Origin: a virus
Reading direction: 5' to 3' (one strand)
Virus record (IMG/VR): IMGVR_UViG_3300029721_000003
DNA: 59,290 nt
Shown: positions 10,530 to 18,846 of the stretch, one piece after another
Layout of the letters: each line of letters begins with the position of its first letter
How positions within the stretch are numbered: the first letter of the stretch is position 1
Translations under genes and position numbers: made by a program
Notes under the pieces: model-generated
Databases searched by the model: none
Told to the model about the DNA's origin: nothing
The model's input: the letters and a program-made list of their open reading frames with translations, nothing else

Positions 10530-10915
10530 TTGAAAAACTCCTTTCTGACATCAACTATCTTGCACTTTAATTTGTAACCCCGATCATCAATCGGTGGTCT
10601 TTTACTCGGACAGCAGATAAACTCTCTACAAATCCTAGGTCTAACAGAATAAATCTCGCACTTTTCTTTTGACTTATCATCATTAAGAAACGGACAAGTC
10701 ATATCTATTATCGGTGTGGCCATCGGATAATTGCGCCTGCGTTCCTTAATATGATGCTTCTTGATGTACTTGCGGATTGTTGCAATCTCATCTTCTGTCA
10801 TAGGAAGCAAGTTACTGCAACAATTACCGCATTGAGTACATTCTCCGTTGCAAGTCAAGTCATACACACCGTTGTTCATGTCTGTTATTATCTGTTCTAA
10901 ACTTGTTGATCTCAT
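10526..10915 (-). CDS. YkgJ-type cysteine-cluster (CxxCxxCC) protein
   Basis: CTQCGNCCS motif plus further Cys residues. Confidence 0.6.
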   Translation of the reverse strand: MRSTSLEQIITDMNNGVYDLTCNGECTQCGNCCSNLLPMTEDEIATIRKYIKKHHIKERRRNYPMATPIIDMTCPFLNDDKSKEKCEIYSVRPRICREFICCPSKRPPIDDRGYKLKCKIVDVRKEFFK

Positions 10916-10919
10916 AGGC

Positions 10920-11801
10920 TTACTCCTGCATAAATGGTGGTAATATGCTATCTTCTGTCTGTTCTTCGGTTACTTCCGTGGCTGTGCCCTCGATAATGTC
11001 GCTTTCTTCAAAATCAACGCTGTTTGCGTTCTGCTCAATATCGTACGCAACATCCTGTTCAAGCATTTCATCGTGGCTGATTTCCTCGTAATCCTCATTT
11101 TCATTACCACTATGAGAATTATTGATGTATTTAAGAAGCCTATTCTTAACAGTTTTCATAGCCATCTGGTCGGCAAATTTCTGATGTGTACCATTCCCAT
11201 TCTCTTTGTACCCATATCCCTGCTTCCAAGCCTGCTTAATCTGTGCAATGGTCATAACTTCTGATATTTTCTCTCCGTCATCCATAACAGCTACCGCATA
11301 AGCACCAACAATCTTATCATTGTCGATATTCTCAAAGCTCTGTTCGTGGCAATCAATAATTGTCTTTGCGTCCTCTTTGTGATACTTGAACACATCTCCC
11401 TTGTAAATGACCGCTGCGTTAATGTCTTTAAGCCCGAATCTCCTTGCTATACAAGTGTTTCCATATACTGATTTCTGACACTGTAGCTTACCGCCATAAG
11501 CAACCGGGTAGCACTGTTTCTTCTGCATTGAAAGTCCATTCGTAACCATTTCAACAAGTGCATTTTCGATACTTGCCCTTGTGCAACTCTGCAATACAGG
11601 CTTTTTGTTCATATCTACTGTGTCCTGCAAAATCAGCATTGCCGACATAAATTCGTTTGTATAGTTGTAATCTTTAGGGAATGTTAAACCGAATTTCTCT
11701 TTCTGCTTAATTTTAACAACCATTCCCTCTGTAAAATCCTTTGCTACAAGCTCTCTGCTTTCGGCTTCTTTTGTTTCCACAACTGCTGTATTCTCTGCCA
11801 T
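10920..11801 (-). CDS. recT: RecT-family single-strand annealing protein
   Basis: 293 aa; ...QKKQCYPVAYGGKLQCQKSVYG...VGAYAVAVMDDGE...IAQIKQAWKQ pattern; acidic C-terminus. Confidence 0.7.
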   Translation of the reverse strand: MAENTAVVETKEAESRELVAKDFTEGMVVKIKQKEKFGLTFPKDYNYTNEFMSAMLILQDTVDMNKKPVLQSCTRASIENALVEMVTNGLSMQKKQCYPVAYGGKLQCQKSVYGNTCIARRFGLKDINAAVIYKGDVFKYHKEDAKTIIDCHEQSFENIDNDKIVGAYAVAVMDDGEKISEVMTIAQIKQAWKQGYGYKENGNGTHQKFADQMAMKTVKNRLLKYINNSHSGNENEDYEEISHDEMLEQDVAYDIEQNANSVDFEESDIIEGTATEVTEEQTEDSILPPFMQE

Positions 11802-11803
11802 AA

Positions 11804-12121
11804 TTATTCCTCACTTTCTTCGATTATCTTTAATTCCTTTTCTTCTCTTTCAAGCCATTCTTTTGCCTGCGTAATCCTTGATTCTACCCGCTTCTTAAAT
11901 TTCTCCTTGGCATACTCAAAGTTGGGCTCTGTAAGGAATAAATGACCAAATCCCAATATCTGCCCTTCTTCATCTTTTCTTACTGTGCTTAAGCAGGTTG
12001 GGAAAACTCTATCAACGGACCTGTATGTCTTTGGTTTCTCTTCTGCTTCACAAACCTGTACTGTAATTCCTGTTTTTCCGGATTTTCCACCTGTATTCAA
12101 TTTGTAAAAATAAAGTTTCAT
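11804..12121 (-). CDS. Hypothetical protein
   Basis: ATG at 12121 (MKLYFYK...), 2 nt after the upstream stop. Confidence 0.5.
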   Translation of the reverse strand: MKLYFYKLNTGGKSGKTGITVQVCEAEEKPKTYRSVDRVFPTCLSTVRKDEEGQILGFGHLFLTEPNFEYAKEKFKKRVESRITQAKEWLEREEKELKIIEESEE

Positions 12122-12122
12122 A

Positions 12123-14048
12123 TTATCCCTCCACAATCTCTAATTTCTCACTATCATTAACAATCAGCATAATCAACTGACTAGCCACCATTTCAGCAAC
12201 TTTCTTCTGATTGTCCGTACTAAGGCTTTCAGAATTATCTAAAATAATAGGTACTGATATACCACTAATCTTCTGAATAGAGTTGCAAATGTCAACTCTG
12301 CCTAAAATCCTGTTACCCTTGTTAGACATAGTTGTTAAAATGCTCTTTCTGTCAACAGTAGGTATGCAACAGCTCTTGTAATTGCCGTTCTTGGCATATT
12401 CAAACAACTGCCACTTAACTAACCCAAAATGGCTGTTTACCGCTTCCGTCAAGGCTTCGTTCTTCGTTTTGTCTAATTCATCAAGTAAATCAAGAATTTT
12501 CTCGGCATTAGCCTTATTCTGTTCAGAATCAATCCTTGCCTGCTTTAATTCTTCAAGTCGCTGTTCGTCTGCTGCCGTATCAGACTTTGCAATCCGGCTT
12601 TCGCATTCTGCTAACTGCTGCCTTAAAGCTGTTTCCTGTGCCTTTAATTCTGCCTTAATCGCCGAAATATCATTAGCTTTGTGCATAGCTTCTTCTTTTT
12701 CTACTATCTTCTGTTCAAGTTCTTTGTATTCCTCTGAACTTGTAACATCAATCTCCTGTGGTAACTCTGCTAACTGCTTCTCAAGTTCTGTAATAGCCGT
12801 ATTCAGCATTGCAAGGCTTTCTTTATGCTGTGGCAACTCTGCTTCGAGGTCTGCAAGCGTTTTCCTCTCCTTGCTCAATCTGTCTGCGTAAAGGTTTCCG
12901 TTATCGGTGATAGCCTTTAGCGTGTCAGCCTTGTGCTTCTTGAAGTCGGCTCTTAACTGCTCTTTTTTATCCTCACTGTATTCATTACCACAGTAAGGGC
13001 AGATAAGGCTATTCTCATCAAACTGACGGTTATTCTCCTCCATCCACTTCTTACGTTCCGCATTGAGATATCCGGTTATACTCTCAATAGTCTGCTTCGA
13101 CAATTCAATGTAGCGTTCTGTCTCACTGATAGTCTTTTCTGTCTGCCTAACAAGAAACTGCTTATCAGAAATCTTGTCCTCAATCTCTCTCCTAGCCTTA
13201 ACATTGTCCTCATTAGCCTTGCGTGACATATCACTAAGCTCAAATTTAAGATTGAGAATATCCGAACTAGCCTTGTCATATTCAGCTATCAGCTTGTCAT
13301 TGTCGGTCTGCTTTGCCACACAATCAGCAATCTGTTCTTTAAGGCTGTTTTTCTGTAATTCAAGGTCAGATACATCAATAGCCTGTTTAAGCTGTATATC
13401 TCTTTCCTTTTCCTTAATCTGTCCATCAAGAATAGGTAAATCCTTTGCAATTTTGGTCTTTGTAGCCTTATTCATAGCGGATAATTCCTCTGTTGTATAC
13501 TTCTCTAATAAAGGAACTAACTCGGCTAATTCAGCTTCCTGCGAAGCAATATCAAGGTCTGTAACATCTCCTACAAGATCGAATAGGTATTCTCTCATTT
13601 CTGCCGGCTTCTGATTAAGAAATGCGTTCACATTACTGCACATCTTAAATACGTTCATATCAACATCAAGATATGTGTTGAAATCCTTTAATGTCTTAGG
13701 TACATCATTGATAAAGTACTTGTTATCGTCCTTATAACTGCTGCCATCTTTGCTGTAAGTACGCTTCTGTACTTTCTTCATAGTTACTTCTTTTCCGTCA
13801 ACATCAAGTATAAGCTCAACACTTGTATCCATATCATCAACTGATACTCCGTTAATTTCTCTTCTGACAACCGGATTATCCTTTAATTCATAGTCACAGT
13901 TAAATAAGCACCACAGATAAGCTGTTGCAATAGTTGACTTACCTTTGCCATTCTTAGCCGTAATCTTTGTAATGGCATAAAAATCAAAATCTGCGTGTGC
14001 ATAGCACATAAAGTTTTCAAGTACTACCCTTTTTAAAGTTGCTCTCAT
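12123..14048 (-). CDS. Rad50/SbcC-like AAA ATPase with long coiled coil
   Basis: Walker A AKNGKGKST, about 350 aa of coiled coil with a CPYCGNEY zinc-hook-like motif, C-terminal ...ILDNSESL; RBS GGAAAGGA. Confidence 0.7.
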   Translation of the reverse strand: MRATLKRVVLENFMCYAHADFDFYAITKITAKNGKGKSTIATAYLWCLFNCDYELKDNPVVRREINGVSVDDMDTSVELILDVDGKEVTMKKVQKRTYSKDGSSYKDDNKYFINDVPKTLKDFNTYLDVDMNVFKMCSNVNAFLNQKPAEMREYLFDLVGDVTDLDIASQEAELAELVPLLEKYTTEELSAMNKATKTKIAKDLPILDGQIKEKERDIQLKQAIDVSDLELQKNSLKEQIADCVAKQTDNDKLIAEYDKASSDILNLKFELSDMSRKANEDNVKARREIEDKISDKQFLVRQTEKTISETERYIELSKQTIESITGYLNAERKKWMEENNRQFDENSLICPYCGNEYSEDKKEQLRADFKKHKADTLKAITDNGNLYADRLSKERKTLADLEAELPQHKESLAMLNTAITELEKQLAELPQEIDVTSSEEYKELEQKIVEKEEAMHKANDISAIKAELKAQETALRQQLAECESRIAKSDTAADEQRLEELKQARIDSEQNKANAEKILDLLDELDKTKNEALTEAVNSHFGLVKWQLFEYAKNGNYKSCCIPTVDRKSILTTMSNKGNRILGRVDICNSIQKISGISVPIILDNSESLSTDNQKKVAEMVASQLIMLIVNDSEKLEIVEG

Positions 14049-14252
14049 AAACAATATCCTTTCCTTATTTATATATTCATAACAAATACACCATCTTCAA
14101 CTTGGAAGTTATCAATCTCCCTATCCGCATAGGCTGAATACTTAGCTTCCTCAAACGAACCATTAAATACTGTTCCGTATTGCGGTGTCTATATCTGGCA
14201 TACCACATCTTCATCAATAGCCATACTTGCTAAATCTCTAACTGTAATATCA

Positions 14253-14909
14253 CTATGCATTGGCTTCACCCTCCTCTGCGTAATCAATTCTGCTTACTGA
14301 TACTTCATAAGCAACCCTTGTTTCAATCTCATTGTCACTTATCTTCTTAGCGTACTCTCTGCTCTGGAATCTTCCCTGGATCTGAATGTGTTCTCCAACT
14401 TCAAGCCCACCTGCAAATCTCGCATTTCTTCCCCATGCTATACATGGTATGTAATCTGATTTGCCATATGGTCTGTTTACTGCTACTAAGATATCCGCAA
14501 TCTCTCTGCCCTTTGGAGTACATCTGTATATAGGTGGTTTGCAGATATGGGCGTCAAGTATAACTGTATTAATATTTTCCTCGAATGGTAGTTCTGTTGC
14601 GTCCTGTGCCAGTATTTCAAGTTCTCTTGCAAATACAGATAAAATCAGCTTGCTCTTCACATCATCAATATGCCTGTTGAAGCTCCTTATCTGCCCTGAA
14701 ACTGTGACAACCTGTCCTACTTTGATTTCTCTGATATCAACAAGTCTGTCTGATATCATTACCGGTAATGTATCTTTGTTACCACTTGTTCTTGAACACT
14801 TGAGCATGAATACATAAAACCCCTCGCCAAGTACTTCATGTGAATATTCTGGCTCTCTCTCAACTACTCCTGCTAATGTGATATTGTTGTTATTAATTGC
14901 ATTTTCCAT
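14253..14909 (-). CDS. Tandem OB-fold SSB-like protein
   Basis: Two SSB-like halves (ITLAGVVEREPEYSHE... and NTVILDAHICKPPIYRCTPKGREIADILVAV...). Confidence 0.5.
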   Translation of the reverse strand: MENAINNNNITLAGVVEREPEYSHEVLGEGFYVFMLKCSRTSGNKDTLPVMISDRLVDIREIKVGQVVTVSGQIRSFNRHIDDVKSKLILSVFARELEILAQDATELPFEENINTVILDAHICKPPIYRCTPKGREIADILVAVNRPYGKSDYIPCIAWGRNARFAGGLEVGEHIQIQGRFQSREYAKKISDNEIETRVAYEVSVSRIDYAEEGEANA

Positions 14910-14921
14910 TTCTTTCTCTCC

Positions 14922-15074
14922 TTACTTTAATATGTAACTTCCTATCGGTACTTTATCCATTCTTTCAATCAGATGGATTTTGCAGCTGAAAGTATAGAAC
15001 TTTCTAAAATCCTTTTCTCTCATGGCTCTCTGCCTGCTTCTATTCAACTTAATGATTCTTTTTATGCTACTCAT
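14922..15074 (-). CDS. Small basic hypothetical protein (50 aa)
   Basis: Hand-translated MSSIKRIIKLNRSRQRAMREKDFRKFYTFSCKIHLIERMDKVPIGSYILK. Confidence 0.4.
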   Translation of the reverse strand: MSSIKRIIKLNRSRQRAMREKDFRKFYTFSCKIHLIERMDKVPIGSYILK

Positions 15075-15366
15075 TGGCACTCTCCTCTCTGGTTCTGTAA
15101 TACATTGTTGTAAGAAATCCTTTTGTTGTTAAGCAATCGTAATTCTTCCATACCTCAAGGCTATGATTTGCTGTCTTAACAGCATTTCTTACTGCACTTC
15201 CAATAGAATCCTTACTTTTGCCGTATTTCTCGGCAACTTTCTTAATCTCGCCATCTATTGCTAATGCAGAATCAAGATTGCTCATAATATCAACGATATA
15301 TGCATAACCTTTTCTGTTAGAAAGAATACCTAAGTTGAATAATTCTTCTCTTATTCTTTTCTCCAT
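15067..15366 (-). CDS. Spo0A C-terminal (DNA-binding) domain-like protein
   Basis: MEKRIREELFNLGILSNRKGYAYIVDIM...KKVAEKYGKSKDSIGSAVRNAVKTA matches the Spo0A_C pattern; AGGAG RBS. Confidence 0.6.
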   Translation of the reverse strand: MEKRIREELFNLGILSNRKGYAYIVDIMSNLDSALAIDGEIKKVAEKYGKSKDSIGSAVRNAVKTANHSLEVWKNYDCLTTKGFLTTMYYRTREESANE

Positions 15367-15377
15367 AAACAAACTCC

Positions 15378-15899
15378 TTATCTGTAACAAAAGTACATGT
15401 TCTGCACTTTCTTATAAACGCCGCTACCTTGCTTAAATTCAGCTTGATACAACACATTGCTAGGTATGTCATATCCGCTTATTAATAATTCTTCTGCTAT
15501 TCTCCAACACCTTTCTGTTGGTTCTTTATAGAATCCGCTGTTTTTAAGTTCTGTACATTGATATTGCCCTGACTGATAGATAACTTCTTCAATGCTGTTG
15601 GGGAAATACTCACTTTGTACTCGGTTCAAAACAACGGCTCCTGCAAGATATAGCATTTCATCATCGTTGCATGTCGCTCCGCATTCGCCCATCAGTAAAT
15701 GTGCCATAAGCGACAGCTCATATTCATCAACACTTATCTCTCCAGTTTCAACCTTATAAACAACATGTGAGTTGTAGCATTCACTTAACACTGCGCTCTG
15801 CTGATTAATCTCAGCCTGCGGTTGTACCGGTCTTAGAATCAACGCTATAAGGCTAATTCCTACCAGTGTCGCGGATATGTTAATTATCTTTTCTTTCAT
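15378..15899 (-). CDS. SleB/CwlJ-type cell-wall hydrolase with N-terminal membrane anchor
   Basis: LMGECGATCNDDEMLYLAGAVVLNRVQSEYFPNSIEEVIYQSGQYQC. Confidence 0.65.
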   Translation of the reverse strand: MKEKIINISATLVGISLIALILRPVQPQAEINQQSAVLSECYNSHVVYKVETGEISVDEYELSLMAHLLMGECGATCNDDEMLYLAGAVVLNRVQSEYFPNSIEEVIYQSGQYQCTELKNSGFYKEPTERCWRIAEELLISGYDIPSNVLYQAEFKQGSGVYKKVQNMYFCYR

Positions 15900-15907
15900 A
15901 TCTTCTC

Positions 15908-16615
15908 CTACATGTTTGTATCATGTACCACTTCGGCAAGTGCTATTGGCAACAAATATGTGTCGATGAATTCATGTACATCAGCCAAGTATTTTCTTTT
16001 GATACTCTTGTATGTCGCCACGCACCCGAATTCGCGTTTTAACTGCTTGTATATATCAGAATATACTGAACCGCGAATACCACCGTCTTTGTACGCATTG
16101 CTGTCCTTTCCACCAAGTACTTCAATTCCTTTCTTTCTAACATATTTCTGCACTTCTTCAATCTCACAGCCGTAAAGCGGAGTTTCTTCTTCGATACTGG
16201 TTATCTTATCTTCAACCTTATCAACTCTCTCTATGAGTTCTGTGTTGCCCTGCGCTAATAATCTAATCTGTTCAGATGTTGTCAAAGGCTTACTGTAACT
16301 TCCTGTCTTTCTGATTGATGGAAGAACTTCTGATGTAACCCATTCTGTAAATCTTTCTGCACTTTCTTTACGGCTCTGAAAGATTGTCTTGTAAAGATTA
16401 CTTTCGTCAATAAAAATCATCTTCTGTTTGCCACCATTTGTAAGGGTATCGGTAGTAACTATGCCCTTTTGTCTTAATCTGCTTTTACAATCAGAAACAT
16501 TTTTGATTTCTAGCACTCTGCATATATCAGCCAAGCAAAACATAGGCTCATCATTTACTACTGCTGTTCGGACTTCTCCAAACTCTTCATTATTGAAAAT
16601 TTGTAAATCGTTCAT
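15908..16615 (-). CDS. Antirepressor (Bro-N domain plus C-terminal domain)
   Basis: MNDLQIFNNEEFGEVRTAVVNDEPMFCLADICRVLEI... Confidence 0.75.
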   Translation of the reverse strand: MNDLQIFNNEEFGEVRTAVVNDEPMFCLADICRVLEIKNVSDCKSRLRQKGIVTTDTLTNGGKQKMIFIDESNLYKTIFQSRKESAERFTEWVTSEVLPSIRKTGSYSKPLTTSEQIRLLAQGNTELIERVDKVEDKITSIEEETPLYGCEIEEVQKYVRKKGIEVLGGKDSNAYKDGGIRGSVYSDIYKQLKREFGCVATYKSIKRKYLADVHEFIDTYLLPIALAEVVHDTNM

Positions 16616-16617
16616 GT

Positions 16618-16764
16618 TTACTCCTTTCTGCCGTCGCCACATTTCTTATCACTTTTTTCTGCCATATTCTCAACTTTTCCAAGAATATAACCCTTGTCGA
16701 AATCCGACATCTTAGGAATTGCTTCTTTTAGTTTCTCAACTACTTCCTTTTCCTTTTCACTCAT
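16618..16764 (-). CDS. Small hypothetical protein (48 aa), first gene of the leftward operon
   Basis: Hand-translated MSEKEKEVVEKLKEAIPKMSDFDKGYILGKVENMAEKSDKKCGDGRKE; AGGAAG RBS. Confidence 0.45.
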   Translation of the reverse strand: MSEKEKEVVEKLKEAIPKMSDFDKGYILGKVENMAEKSDKKCGDGRKE

Positions 16765-16817
16765 TTAATTCACTTCCTTTCTGTGATATAATTCCTTAAA
16801 AACTAAGGAGAATTATT

Positions 16818-17177
16818 ATGCGATACGAACCTACACATCCCAATATGGATGACTTATTCCCACAATCCACAATACCCAAAATGCCTACATATGAAAAAGG
16901 CAAATCTCCATATGAACTTATGGAAAGTCAATCCGCCTATCTTGAAAAGACAAGCAAAGAACTTCACGATATGGCTCAATCCGCTAAATCCCAAGCTGAT
17001 TCAGCTAAGGAAATTGCTAAAAGTTCCAAAACACAAGCTGATGTTGCGTTAAAAACATCAAGTAAAGCTGATGTTAAAGGCTGGATTTCTGTGATTGTTT
17101 CTATCATCTGTGCTTTAATGGAATTTGCTGTACATCATTCAGAAATAATTGATTTTGTCAAAACTTTGGTAAAATAA
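16818..17177 (+). CDS. C-terminally membrane-anchored protein of the immunity region
   Basis: 119 aa; AAGGAG RBS, TGnTATAAT extended -10 at about 16784-16792; C-terminal WISVIVSIICALMEFAV. Confidence 0.6.
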   Translation: MRYEPTHPNMDDLFPQSTIPKMPTYEKGKSPYELMESQSAYLEKTSKELHDMAQSAKSQADSAKEIAKSSKTQADVALKTSSKADVKGWISVIVSIICALMEFAVHHSEIIDFVKTLVK

Positions 17178-17253
17178 AATGGCAAAAAATCTGAAACAGC
17201 AAAACAAATATTGATAGCACTAATGCAACATCTGAAACAGACGGTTTCTTCAT
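17158..17253 (-). CDS. 31-aa hydrophobic peptide (type-I-toxin-like or small membrane protein)
   Basis: MKKPSVSDVALVLSIFVLLFQIFCHFILPKF; AAAGGAG RBS 8 nt upstream; own promoter at 17288-17316. Confidence 0.5.
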   Translation of the reverse strand: MKKPSVSDVALVLSIFVLLFQIFCHFILPKF

Positions 17254-17287
17254 TTTTTCATCTCCTTTCTGTTCATCTGATGTACAC

Positions 17288-17316
17288 ATACTAGCACATC
17301 TAATATACAGTGTCAA
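17288..17316 (-). promoter_or_regulatory. Sigma-70-type leftward promoter
   Basis: Minus strand TTGACA-17 nt-TAGTAT; back-to-back with the repressor promoter. Confidence 0.55.
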
Positions 17317-17325
17317 CACTTTTTG

Positions 17326-17354
17326 TTGACTTAATGTACATTTTATATTATTAT
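17326..17354 (+). promoter_or_regulatory. Sigma-70-type promoter of the repressor gene
   Basis: TTGACT-17 nt-TATTAT, then AAGGAGG RBS and ATG at 17381; TGTACA palindromes nearby. Confidence 0.55.
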
Positions 17355-17380
17355 ACTTTTTAAGAAAGGAGGAGCTACTT

Positions 17381-17743
17381 ATGAATGAGAGAATTAAAAG
17401 AATCAGAAATAGCCTAAACATAAGTCAAACTGATTTTGCTCAAAAACTATCTATATCCCGTTCTGCTGTTTGCAAAATGGAAAGCGGAGAAAATTATCCG
17501 TCAGAACAGACAATAAAGCTGATGTGTGGTGAATTTTCTGTTAATGAAGAATGGCTGCGAACTGGCAAGGGAGAAATGTTTATAGAGAAATCCAAAGATG
17601 AACAGATTGCTGAAATGTTAGCTGATATTCAGACAGGCGGTGAAGATACTTTTAAGCACAGGCTTGTATCTGCATTGTCTAAGCTGAATAAAGAAGATTG
17701 GGAAAGCTTGGAAAAACTGATTGACTTGATAAATAAGGAGTGA
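17381..17743 (+). CDS. XRE-family HTH repressor (CI-like)
   Basis: MNERIKRIRNSLNISQTDFAQKLSISRSAVCKMESGENYPSEQTI... Confidence 0.85.
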   Translation: MNERIKRIRNSLNISQTDFAQKLSISRSAVCKMESGENYPSEQTIKLMCGEFSVNEEWLRTGKGEMFIEKSKDEQIAEMLADIQTGGEDTFKHRLVSALSKLNKEDWESLEKLIDLINKE

Positions 17744-17836
17744 TAATATAGTAATCAGGGAAAAGCCTAAAATAAGCTTAAAGGGAAGTGCTCTCAAAAT
17801 ATGTTTCTCGACAATTCATATTTGACGCTCAACTCT

Positions 17837-17872
17837 AAAAAGACCGAGGAATTTACCTTCGGTCTTTTTCTT
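17837..17872. terminator. Bidirectional rho-independent terminator
   Basis: AAAAAGACCGAGG-loop-CCTTCGGTCTTTTTCTTTT. Confidence 0.7.
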
Positions 17873-17980
17873 TTACTTTAAAAGTGCTTTAATGTAGCTG
17901 TATATTGTTTTTAGCCAATGATTATTATTGCAATTATTGATTAATTCGATAATCTTTTGTCTGTATTCCTCATTCTCCAT
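17873..17980 (-). CDS. Small hypothetical protein (35 aa)
   Basis: MENEEYRQKIIELINNCNNNHWLKTIYSYIKALLK; AAGGGGGA RBS. Confidence 0.4.
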   Translation of the reverse strand: MENEEYRQKIIELINNCNNNHWLKTIYSYIKALLK

Positions 17981-18282
17981 ATATCCCCCTTATTGCACGA
18001 TATAACACTGGTAGCGATGGTGTTATTATAGAACATCTGTTCTTGCATGTCAACCTATCCCCAGTAGATTAACAGTTTTCAGCGGTGACACTGCCAACGC
18101 CAATCAAACAGTGCCACCTAGCCGAAACTTGAAGATTCTGCCCGAACTCTCTCGGACAATTATTATTATAAATACTGATAATGTAAAAATCAACTTAAAG
18201 ATATCGCAAGTTTCGACAACATTCGACAAATTATGCATATTGTGATATGATTAGTAAAATTAAATTTAAGGGGGATTTGCCT

Positions 18283-18804
18283 ATGAAAAAGAGAATTGTA
18301 AGTATTATGCTTGTTATGTGCTTATTAAGCCTTGTAGCGTGTCAGAACGGTGCTTCTGATAATAACGTTAAAAGTGCCAGTGAAGTCCAGACGGAACAAG
18401 AAACATTATTGTCAAGAGACAAGAGTGTATACCCTGATGATATAACTGTTGAAATGCTCAAGCGTACACTTAATAAGTATATTGATAAAGAATTCAAGTT
18501 GACAGGCAATATTGTAGCAGAATTAAAATATGATGGGGAGGTCGAAGATAAAGACGGAAATACGCATACCGGTGAAGAATCTAGTGAATATATTGCTTGC
18601 TATTATTTAGCTGTTGATGGCAATAATGATGATACTGTTGTTTTGACATATTATAGAGACGATTTTGATTATAATTTGCTTGTTGGTGATAATGTGACAA
18701 TGTACGGAACGCTTCTTGAGGGTGGTATGGAATTTAAGAAAACAAACGGAACTATAACGACCATTCCTGCTGTTATGGCTGTTATGATAGATTTGAATAA
18801 TTAA
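18283..18804 (+). CDS. Lipoprotein (prophage moron, possible surface or exclusion function)
   Basis: MKKRIVSIMLVMCLLSLVACQ signal peptide with lipobox; AAGGGGGA RBS. Confidence 0.7.
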   Translation: MKKRIVSIMLVMCLLSLVACQNGASDNNVKSASEVQTEQETLLSRDKSVYPDDITVEMLKRTLNKYIDKEFKLTGNIVAELKYDGEVEDKDGNTHTGEESSEYIACYYLAVDGNNDDTVVLTYYRDDFDYNLLVGDNVTMYGTLLEGGMEFKKTNGTITTIPAVMAVMIDLNN

Positions 18805-18809
18805 AATAT

Positions 18810-18839
18810 TACCGGGAGCATTGCACTCCCGGTATTTTT
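18810..18839. terminator. Terminator between convergent lipoprotein and endolysin genes
   Basis: TACCGGGAG-loop-CTCCCGGTA followed by TTTTT. Confidence 0.7.
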
Positions 18840-18846
18840 ATTAAGG

